Source: Hormiphora californensis (taxonomy: Eukaryota > Animalia > Ctenophora). Taken from it: a stretch of DNA of 64,000 nucleotides. Positions 12,878-24,800 of the stretch are shown here, in pieces. Location of the stretch: the NCBI GenBank assembly GCA_020137815.1, contig CM035358.1:682001-746000 (forward strand), given 5' to 3'. Every line of letters begins with the position of its first letter. Position 1 is the stretch's first letter. A program made the position numbers and the translations under genes. The notes beneath the pieces are model-generated. The model made no database searches, had not been told where the DNA came from, and worked only from the letters and a program-made list of their open reading frames with translations.

Positions 12878-15800
12878 CCACTCTGCTAATTCTTTGTCAG
12901 ATTTATTGGCACCACAGCCACACAACTCATATCCATTGTGTTATGTTATAGTATGCGTCGCCTCCTCTTCTTCCTCTTTCTTCCTGCCCTCCTCGCTGTG
13001 CGGAAGGAAAGGTGCGTGGATGTTGAGAAAAGGATCCAATGCCAGTACTGGAAGAATGCTGGCTACTGCCAACCAGACAGCAAGTACTCCCCCTACATGG
13101 CCGTGTCTTGTAACTCCACCTGTGAGTTGTGTGGTCCTGTAGAGAATGAATGTAACCCCCAGAAACAAGTATCCTGTCTGGATGGATCCCCCAGGTGTGT
13201 TTCCATCAATAAGATGTGTGATGGTATTAGGGACTGCTCTGATGGGCACGATGAGGATGATTGTGATTGGTTGAATGAGGACCAGGAGGACGTGAGGAAC
13301 AACACAGCTTCATTCACAACCACCCCCGCTCTAGGGGATAGTCCGACAGGGGGGATTGATAATGGATCTATAGTGATTGTGCAGGAGAACCTTGTCACAT
13401 CTCCTGTGTCAACAGCCCAGCAGTTAGGGCTGGGTTGTGGGGCCAGGCTAATTGGATGCAGAAAGGCTCAGAAGTGTATCAGAGCTGATTTCTATTGTGA
13501 TGGTTGGATTGATGACTGTGGGGACGGAGAGGATGAGAAACCTCTGTTTTGTTATAAAAAGCCCAACAAGATGTTCCTTCAAGATACCTTCAGATCTTCC
13601 CTGGTTAATGTATCTTCTTTCTTCAATGGTCTGGTAGAGATGAAGAGAACACACTGTCTAACTCGACACTTCTCCTGCAAGGGTGCTTGTTCCTCCACCC
13701 CTCCTACAGATCCCCTGATGTGTGCCTGTGACCCGGACTGCGTTGCTAGGCAGGATTGTTGTCATGACTTTACCCCTGAGTGCACCAGCAAGATAACAGA
13801 TACGAGGGAGCGATGTGTTCCAGGACTATTCGGATCTCTCTCCAATGCTTCCGCTCTCATGGTTAACAATTGTCCCCTCGGTGCCTTTCCTCAGAATGTG
13901 CAGCAGTGTGAGTCTGATGAACACCAGCCACTAGACATGTTCTTTGGTGCGCCTGTATACAGTTCCAAGACGGGTCTCCACTACAAGAACTACCCCTGTG
14001 CTGTGTGTAACGACGCCCCCTCATCTCTCACACCCTGGAACGTGTTCTGCGAGACTGGATCTAACAAGTGTAACTCCTTCATCTTCTCACCTCCCTCCTC
14101 CCGGGTCAAAACATGCACCGTACACAACTTCACCGACCCCATCCTCGACAACAACTACTCTAGATCTAGGGAGCACGAAGCTAGGAAGAGGTGCCGGGAG
14201 ATATTTGCACCGGTGAGATATAACAATACCGACTATAGGAACCCATACTGCGTCTACCTACACCGCTCCCAAGTTGATGATAAGGATGCAAAACGTCTCT
14301 ACACTTGTGATAGGGAGGAGTTGAAGCAATGTCCTGCCGGTACCACCCCCTGCAGACCTACATTTACCTGTCTAGATGAGAGCAAGAGGTGTGATGGTGT
14401 GATAGATTGTCCTGATCAGAGTGACGAACCTGTGGACAAGTGCAGAGGTAAGAGATATTATGAGCTAACTACATATAGTTGTAGCTACAATATCTAACTT
14501 GCATGGCTAATTTAATGAATTTTCAGCGGAAAAGTCGTGCTATGGAGGATTTGAGTGCCGGGTAACGTATCAATGTATTAGCATCCACAAGAGGTGTGAC
14601 AGATTTATTGACTGCCAAGACCAGACTGATGAAGAGGGGTGCTTTGAAGAAAATGCAGACAAACAAGTCAAGTGAGTTATACATGCATGTTACCAAACAA
14701 TTTAGCTTTGTACTAATGAAGATTAAAGTTATTTTTAGATTTTGGTGAGATTCAACTATATTTATTTCCAACCATCCCAGGACGAATTATGATGACATTT
14801 ACCATGTTATACCAGGCCTTGAAGCCTTCCCTGTACTATCCAACACTTTCAAGGTCGCTGATCATACTCAAGAAGTTGTGACAGGTAAACTTCAAGGAAT
14901 ATTATATCTTACATGTGTGTTCAATTTTAGTTACCTGCAACCATTTCCTGCGTAGCCTCCAGCAAGGTATAGGTAGCGAGTTACTAATGTTGGGGGGGGG
15001 GGGCGGCTGAAGTTTCCTACCCATTTTAGTTTTTGAAGTTTTTTTCGAAAACTCCAAAAATATTAATAATTTATTAAAGTCGGATTTTTTGAAGTTGTCA
15101 CCCCCTGGGTGGCGTGCGAGTTTTTATTTGCACGTCGAAATCTTGTTTTGGCTCTCACACCTTTGTTTCTTGACCAATTTCGTCAAACAAAAGTTTTACG
15201 GACTCAAAAAATTATGCTCTTTCCGGTTATATGCGATTTCTTGCCGAATTCGTGAGAGCAAGTGGGGGCTGTCACGCACAAATACGACGCCACGTGTGAA
15301 AAGGGGGGGTGACAACTTCAAAAAATCCGACTTTATTGGCGCTTTTAAAACAATTTTCTGAGCTTTTTGCAGGGCATACACATGTTTACCATGTTAATAC
15401 ATATCATGAAACAAAAATCTTACGGCAAAATTGACTTCAAAAGTTGACTTCAAAAGTTGACTTCAAATTTTTTTCAGAATGATTCTCAACACTTTGATTA
15501 CTTGGACTAGTGCTCTCCATTGATTTTTTCCCTGCCCGGCTGAATGCCGAAGGCATTCACCCGGATGATCTGTTTTGCACGCAAGCGGAATTATTGCATT
15601 ATGTATTCATAATGCGGTGTTTCCCTGCCACAAATGGGTGTAAAATTTATGAATAAGCTTCAAAATCGGATTATATCCCGATGAATTTTGCACTTATGAA
15701 GGAGCAGACTTTGTTACTATGTGTAACGGTGGACAGACAGACAGACTGACACTTTTAGTTAACTACACAATCTGCTGATTTCTAAACCCTGAATGATCTT

Positions 15801-18800
15801 TTTAGCACGTGCGAGCTAAAAAGATCGGGCAGGGAAAAAATCAATGGACTTTAGTTGAATATTAGCTGCATGATTCAGAAAGCGCCGAATTATTGTCTCT
15901 CAAAGTAACAAACCATACAAGATCAAGTCCTGATTTTACCAAGATGTGTCTCTATCTCTTCCACCTAGTATCTTCTTTCCATTTCAACGTACTCGGCACG
16001 ATCAGGAAGGGGAGAGGTCAATTCTTCATAGTCTGGCTCTCCATAGTTGTCACGAACAATGGGCTCCGTACTGCCATGAAAAGTAGCCTGATCCCTGCTG
16101 CTGCCAGGATCAACATCTAGGCGAGGTTCACTGGACATGTCGTGAGGGTTGGATCCTGCAGGTGATCTGGATCGGTTAAGTAGGAATGTGATAGCAGCTA
16201 GGAGGATAACCACTATTGTACCAAGTACCGCTATCACGTAATTCTTTGCTTTATAATGGGATTTATCATCGCCCTCAGTAGGCCCTGGCGAGGGGTCTTC
16301 CCCGCCATCGTCTTCCTCGTCATCTTCTTCCTCGTCATCTTCTTCCCAGTTCTTCTCTAATTTGATACTCTTGGTTACCTTCTCTCCAGTTATCTGAGAG
16401 GTTGCTGTTATCGTAACTTGTTGGTTGGTGGTACCTACAGAGACCGTCATGTTTCGTTTGTAACCGGCCTCCACCATGTCGAAACTCTTAGTGTCGTCTA
16501 CAACCCAAGATACAAAAACGTTGTCCAGGGATGTTATAATCACTGTAACGTTGGTCTCTGACGTCTGCAGTAGTTCCACTTTTGGCTTGTTGCAGGTCTG
16601 TTCGCATATCGCCAGGTAGGAACACCCTTCACTGAAAGAGAGGGCCCAGCCGGTGTTTTGAAGACTTTGTATATCTTCTGTAACTTTAAATGAGTATCGT
16701 CTGAAGTTGTCTGAAAAGTTTAATCTTTGAGATTTGATATCATTATCATAGATAATGCCAAAATTGTCGTGGCCGAAATGCAACCTAAATGCAGACAAAT
16801 ATGATTCGTTCAGACTGTGTGTAGCGACAGTTGTAAACTCGGGACGGATAAACGCCGTCAGTGTGGCTCCACTTTTGCTCATGTTAAATAGAAGTAGTGA
16901 TTTGGTCATTAAACTGGCAGTTCTAAGATTCACGTCATCAGTGCTGTTAAGCCAGATTGTGCATCCTTCGCCAACAGGTATCAGCACACTTTTACTCTTC
17001 AGTGATCCTCCTTGTAGACTCGTTCCGTGTCCAGGTGAGGCGACATTGCATTGATCGAGATCACACACTTCTGTTATAATAGGGTTGGTGTAGACGACGT
17101 GTAGTAGCTGGAGAAAATACAGAAAAAGCAACATTATAAGTCAGTTCACTAACAGTAATTCCTTCAGCTTTTCACCCATTTTATAGTTACGATATTGTAA
17201 ATGAATGCTTTATCTGAGTAGATAAAAGGGATACTTTTCTTTAATAAAATCGAAGGATTAGAAAAAAGGAAATATGATATTTAAAAAATTCGTCAAAAAA
17301 CTAAAACAAGCTTCTCAACTGATAATTTAGCCTACTGGGAGCCTAGCCTACTCAATAACCGAGTTGGTTACGAAGTCACCCCTATTATTGCATATACCTG
17401 TGAGCTATTCTAGCGCATCTAGGGGTAATTTCATTACCAAATAACAGAGAATGTAGTCGCCAAAGGTTAATTTTTTCTATTAAACTTCTCAATAAGTATA
17501 GCCTATGGCGGCGCCATACCCCATGTGAGACAGTGCGCTCAGATGGGGTCGGCGGCGCCAGACAGTAACCTATAAATATTACCTATAGGTTGATACACAA
17601 GTAAGGGGTGTTTATAAACATCCCCGTCCTTATATATTGTTGCCATGGCAACTGAAACAGTTGCTATATGTTGCTATGGTTTTAGGTTTTTGGTTTTTTA
17701 TAAGTTTTTTTATAAGTTTTTGAATTTTCCTACCCTTTTTTAGTTTTTTTAGGCAGGTCGGTAGAACTTCGACAGAATTTAGGGCAGATCAATTTAGGGC
17801 AAGTCTGAATTTAGGGCAGCTCTGAATTTAGGGCAGGTCTGAATACTCAGAGTGACTGAGAGTTAGTCAGATGAGAGTGAGTTAGGAGGATACAAATATT
17901 TAGGAATTCTTTGGGGGAGATTTAATATTATTTACTTGTTACAATAGTTATGGAGAGATATTAGAAGATAAGAATTTATGTCAATGTTTTAGATGAGTAG
18001 GAATAGCGAGAAGCCCTAAATTCAGACCTGCCCTAAATTGACCTTCCCTAAATTGACTTGCCCTAAATTCTGTCGAAGTTCTACTGACCTGCCGAAGTTT
18101 ATGAAGTCGACTTCAAAAACTTCAGCCGGCGCCCCCCCCCCCTAATGTGCAATGTTCATATCCACATGTTTACAGGAGCAGCAGTAGTAGAAGTGAGTAA
18201 GAAGAAAGAACTGAAATGTGTGGATCCCCTCTTATTTGATGGGATCATTTGCCAACACAGCGAACCAATGAAGGAACATTTGGAGCGGGGATCCTTTAGA
18301 AACCTTCAACCGATAACCAGGAAAACGGTTACATTCACTCTTTCACCCACTGGGTACTACCGTCCTGTAGAGATGAGAGATAACCTACCTGAGTTCATGG
18401 CACGACATCTCAGACAACACCCCTACCAGGTGAGACTGTTGGAATGATTCCTTCCAGGATACCCTGATAAAACACCAGAAATAAAGCCTTGTGAACGATC
18501 CATGTTCCATATATATAACTGATTCAGGTTACAGATTTCCGAGTTGAAAGTAAGGACAAGGGCACCATGAGTGGTTCAATAACATACCGGCTAATCAGCG
18601 AGAAAGAGACATCTGAGGGGGTGGAAGACTTCTCTCCCTCAACTAGGGACCTGGAAAACTTTGTTCAGATTGAAAGCGAGGTGAGAGATTTTCAACAAAA
18701 TTTGTTCACTTAGTTGATTGTGCACAATCACATGTTATCAGCTAGAAGATACTGATACCAACCTATTCAGGTTTACTATGTCACCACTACTGGAGGTGAG

Positions 18801-21800
18801 GATGTGTCTGGAGATGAGAAGCCTCAGACAACAGTGTCCTGTACCTATACAGAAGGGGGAGCCTATCTGGATGCCACATGTACAGGCTGCCCTATTATCA
18901 TCTACACACGGGGCGAGTACACGATATCAGAGGAGGGGAAACTACTCCTGCTTGAAAGTAACCAGGCTCTGAATTACGACCAGTTCGAGTTAAGAAAGGA
19001 TGGAGAGATTATGACATGTTACGAGACTGTGAACGGAAATCTGCAGGAGACTGGAAATGATTCTGATAATTCTGAGTTGTAAGTAGTTAAGTGTAACAAA
19101 CTGTTAACTGGGTGGCAGATCACAGATTTTACGAAGCAGTGTGTTGTTTACAAATTATTAATCTCTAAAGACCAAACTCCTCCACAGGGCAACACGAACC
19201 TGCCTGGCGGCATTCTACGCGATATCTCTATTTCTCGCCATGTCCTGTCTGGTAGCAAACCTGTATAATGGGAGAAAGACCACTGTCAGGATACTTCTGA
19301 TCAACTTCACAGCAGCACTAGTTATCACTAGTTTAGATAGCCTGTTGTGTGTGGTATCTGATAGGTGGGCCAACTGGGGCACTGCACTACACTTTATTGG
19401 GATCTCTAACAGCTCTCACCTGGCTGCTCATCCTATCCTTCCACCTGCTGCTATCAGTGTCTGATAGTGCCAACCCAGCCCAGTATTTTAGTGTGGAGAA
19501 CCTCCTGCTGTTCCACATTATTGGGTGGTTAGCACCCACGGGGTGGGTCACTCTCTTCTTCGGGCTGAACATAGCAAAGGTATGTATGGTGGTCTCTTGG
19601 AAATTTATAGCAAAGGTATTGTCTTTTACACCAGGAAATCGCTGTAAAATCGAAATATATTAAGGATGACTGAGACGTCTTCCGGTCTCTTTGTAGCAAA
19701 GGTATACAGGATCTTTATAGTTGTTAGTTCAAATCTATTTCAGGTTACAGAGGTTGCTGAGAGTTTGACGAACCCCACCAGGATCCTAGACGGGCTAACA
19801 CAGACTGGAGAGATACTACATTTCCCCATGTACATTCTCTACCTGGCCTCTCTCATCCTCATCCTCCTGGCTATTGGTGCTGCCAAGAAGGCACGGGACA
19901 AGTCAGCAATAACACGGTGTAGATTGAGAGTGAAACTGATGGTACTGGCCATGTTCCTAGTGTCCACTCCACCATGGATCCTGGCAATAGCTACCAAGTA
20001 CAGGGAATACCAGGCCATCAATATTACCTTCTGTGCATCACTCTTAGCTCAGGTACAATGAACAGGACACACTTGTAGAAATACACTTGTAGAAACACAA
20101 TTGATAAACGTGGATTCACGGATCGCGGATAACTAAACTATGTAATGGCGGATTCTAAAAATGTTGTTGCCATGGTAATATTAATTTCAACTCCCCCTTC
20201 CAGGCCGTAGTATTGGTTATCTTCCTGTTTATGCTGGTTAAAGGTGACCTGGAAACTATTGAGAAGCCTGCTGATAAACCCACAACACTAGGAATGGAAC
20301 TCCGTCCAATTGTCCCCCTTCCACCCGTGCCTATCTTCCAGATGGACAACCAGCAGCCAGGACCCTCCACTGCCCCTGATCTGCCCCCAAAACTCCATCT
20401 CCCCCGGGGTCCATCCTACCACTTCCCCCCGGTATCCGACCCTGAGTACACGCCCTTCCCAGAGCCCTGGATGGAACAGGAGTACGCTCAACTAGATCGA
20501 GGGAAGGGTCGGCCAACATCACGGGCTGTCTCATCCCGACCAGCTAGCTATGCAATACCTGATGAACACACGTACATGTCACTGATCAGGGAGAGTGAGA
20601 CGGCGAGTAATGGCTCTGAACACTATTGTCCCCTCCTTCCCCGAACTGACACACAAGAGCCGAGAGTATAGTTTGTTTTTGTGAATTGTTTGATTTTATT
20701 TTTCAAGTGTACTTCAAATTAATCTGTAACTAATATCTTTCTCTGTATTGAGTTTTACTCTCTTAAAAACGCGTCATAAACTTTCTCATTTCTTTACTAG
20801 GTGTGACTTTCTAAAAGTTCACACTTATGTAAAATTTTGTAAGGCAGTAGTATTGTTCACACTACCGCCGGAGTTTTAAAACTCTGCACATGCAACGTAA
20901 CTGTCTTTTTATAAGGAAGGGTGTGGGTATAGGAGGGGGTATTATAGAAGGATGTGGGTTCCAATAACTATTTCCAGCACTGTTACACCCCCCCCCCTAT
21001 CCAGGCAAGACGGCTGATACGGCTGATTGAACAGCATAATGATATTGTGAAAGCGGTCAAGTTAAAGAAACCAGTCGATGTTGCCAGCATACCAGATCTA
21101 CCAGGTAGGTTGTTAGGGGGGTTGGGCACTGGGCAGCTGGGATGTACAGATGTACTACAATAACATGTATGGGGGCCATGTATGTGGGATAACTTGGTGT
21201 TTTAGCCTTTAGGACACTGTACTGGGTAGAAGATATATCTAGGGTGAGGTTTGGGGAGACTTTTGTTTTTTCTCTACCACCTGTTGAGTTGAGTAAGGGG
21301 GCCCTCCACCCCTCCCTCCACCCCTAACTCAACAATACTATATCTCTGATTCTCTCCTCCTAGGTTTTGATCCTGTTAGCCCGCCTAGTTACATGGTAAC
21401 AGCGTCTGTCCCGCAGGCCCGCCCTGCCCCTAGAGCTGCAGGACCTGCCCCCACTGTTACAATGTCTGCAGCAGACAGAAATCTACAGGTCAGATAGTCA
21501 GCTGTTATAACTCAGTTGCTCTGTATGATTATCATCTAAACTCCCAACTAACATGTTCCGTGTTGTAACATGTGTCATATTGTAGGTGTTAATGCAGCGA
21601 CAAACCGAGTACAAACATCACGCTCTAAAACTACACAAAGAAGGGGACTTGGTGAGTTGTCTTGTCGCCTTGTTCGACTCTCTCTCTCTCTCTCTCTCTC
21701 ACCACGCTCTGCGGAGGGTTAGAACATGCTCCTTTCTCGGAACAATAGAAATTTGTTGTGGTTCCTTCATCTTGAAATATTCCCCTTTCACTTTTCTAGC

Positions 21801-24800
21801 TCTCTTGTTTCGCATTGTCTCCCCCCTGTGATTACCTCTCACCCCTTACTCAATGAGTGATTACTATCCCCCTGTGTCTAGGTTGGAGCGAAGAAATACC
21901 TTGCTCAAAGTAAAGGGTTTGATAAGATGATAGACGCTAGTAGAAAGGGACTTCCAGTTGATTTGACCAACATTCCACCCAGTCTCACTTCTCCTCCTGA
22001 GAAGAAAGTGCTGTCAAGACAAAATACACTGCCTCACGTTAGTACACATAAAATAAGAGCAATATAATTTATGGTTGAGTTAATATTTACGGTATTTGAA
22101 GACCCGCTGACACTAATACTCTCCACTACAGATGAGTGGGGAGGTAATAGATATGGGTGAGATGTCAGGAGATGTAGAGGAGATATACACACAACTTGTT
22201 ACAGATCTTGAACATCAGGTATAGTTCCTGTCAGTTCATTGGCCCTAGAAGCGTGCAAGAACCGCCTGACAGATCCTGTGTTCCTCTATCTCTCTCTAAC
22301 AGCTAACTCTGTTTAGATAAAGTTGTGTCAGAATAACGCCACCACGTTTGAGAAGCTGGGTGACATCCCCTCTGCTAAACACTACGCCCAGCAGTACCAG
22401 AATCTCAGTAAAGACTTGGTCAACTTGAAAGGTCAGTCCCGAGATTTGAGTTGCCTGACACAATTCAACAACTAAGAATCAACTTTTGGTTGAATGCTAA
22501 CAATACACCTCTCTCCAGGTATTTACAAGCAGAAGAAGGGGTTGCCACCCTACCGGTACGAAGGGTGCAAGTTCCCCTTGTTAAAGTGCTGTCCTCAACT
22601 GTCCGATAGAGAGGCAGAGATTGTCCTAGTACGGGCACTCAATGTGCCACTACCCCAGGTAAAAAACACGATTTCAAGAGACATTATTAACATACAGGTA
22701 TCCTATATCTCACTAGATCTACTGCAGGATTGTGTATGCTAATAGCAAGACTAATAACCACCACAACTCTAACTCTTCTCCCGTGTTCTAAGAACTCTAT
22801 CTGTTTTAGAAACGTGGTACCTGTTCTTCTTCTGTACGTGTTGCATGTAACCCTTCATTCACACTACAACTATCTTTTTAATGTTCCATCCCCTCCCCTA
22901 GCCTATAATACCCAACCTGAACCACCCCCTCTCTCAGGGTTGGAAGCCAGAGGACCTCAAGGTCTATGTAACATGGGAGTTCACCCTGTCTGACAAGACA
23001 ACTAAGGGCCAGACCAAGTGGTACAAGGGTGGTATTAACCCCGAACTCGCTGAACTGTTTAGAGTTGACATCGGGGACAGGACAGCCCGGTCATTTGCAC
23101 GTGCAATTAAACGTGGTGCTTTGAAAGCGACATTATGGTACGACAGAGGATTCCTCAAGAAACCAGGTATGTTGTTCGGTATTAGCATGTTAGCAAGATA
23201 TTGTGGAACAGTCCTAATTCTGCAATTATAGGGTACTGTGGATTAACTAACCCCTCCCCACTACCTAACATTACATTACGAGGGGTTAGGAAGTAAAGGA
23301 GGGGTTAGACCCTTATCTCTAACCCCTCCCCACTTCATAATCCTTCGAGGGGTTAGGAAGTAAAGAAGGGGTTAGAGTTTAGACCCTTATCTCTAACCCT
23401 CTCCCCTCTCTAACCCTCTCCCCCCCCCCACACCAGGTGACCTAGGTACAGGTACTGTGAAGTGTACGGACTGGGAGAACTTGGCTGAAATTCACGAGGC
23501 AGTCACCTTACTGGATGGAAGGAAACAAACACCTACCAAGTAAGCCAGATATAAAATTTAGGAATGACATACTGACAGCTGGGGTATACGGGACTGCCTA
23601 GCGTTTACAGATCACATCATCACGATCCCCTAATAATGCCCAACTCTACTATAACATGATCCCCTAATAATGCCCAACTCTACTATAACATGATCCCCTA
23701 ATAATGCCCAACTCTACTATAACATGATCCCCTAATAATGCCCAACTCTACTATAACATGATCCCCTAATAATGCCCAACTCTACTATAACATGTTTCCC
23801 TAATAATGCCCAACTCTACTATAACATGATCCCCTAATACTGCCCAACTCTACTATAACATGATCCCCTAATAATGCCCAACTCTATTATAACATGATCC
23901 CCTAATAATTAATAATAATAATACATAATATCAGCATTTGTATACACGCTCAGACCCCATAGAATACCAGAATCTAAAAAACCCTAGTAACATGGAGCAT
24001 CAGAGCGGTTCACCTTTGCTGCAAACCCTAAAAAATGTAAAAATATATAATGTCTATCCATTTAAATGTCCAGTGCTCGGATGCTCAAAAAACTGGTCAC
24101 AAAACCTAGCAATTAATGTATTATCAGTCCCACAGTCCACGCACACACGCCCACACAATCAAATCACCACCTCCACCACCTTGCCTCCTCTGATCCCAAA
24201 GGTCTTCCCAGGTTCCGCCTCCTTCCTCGCCCTCAGGTCAGCAACCAACTTCCTCCTCTCCTCTCTCTCCTCTGGAGAACGATCAGGGGATATGAAAGTT
24301 TTACTAAAATCTTGAGATTTCTTCAGACTATTCTTGCACGATAGAATCCGATCTCGGAAATTCACCGGTCGGTCAGTACCCTCCTTGTACCTACCGAGGC
24401 ACTCCATACCCCAAACATTGGTAGTACACTCGCCCATGTGATCAAACAGACGTCTGACTTCTAACTCCAGATCGTTGTTGTTTTCACTTTTACCATCACA
24501 CAACCCATAGACAATCACATTGCTTATCCTGTCCTCCGTTGCACTGCTAATTGCTGTGCTGATTCGCTTCGGAGCTAGGACTGTGTCACATCGCTTCTTG
24601 AGAACAGAAGAAAAGGTCTTGATTTCCTCTTCTGCTGTAGACTGTACGGCAGTTATCTCCTTATCTCGCTTTTCCAACAACTCACACTGCAATTTAACAA
24701 GCTGAGCCTGGGCATCTACCAATGCTCGCTGAGAAGCAATCACCTCCTCTTGATTATCCAATAGCCTCCTTTCACTGTCTTCAACTTCGTTACTCAGGCG

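Larger units (their letters stand above)
14992..18141. mobile_element. Cargo-carrying non-autonomous TIR element (MULE/Merlin-like) in a GPCR intron
   Basis: Left end G-run+CGGCTGAAGTTT, right end AAACTTCAGCCGGCG+C-run; flanks CTAATGTT / CTAATGTG (7/8 TSD match); no transposase ORF inside. Confidence 0.6.

Noticed and set aside
11770-20910. The whole nested GPCR as a mobile unit bounded by repeats
   Set aside because: Only weak short similarities (ACTTTCTAAAAG near 11800 and 20806); no TIR or TSD.
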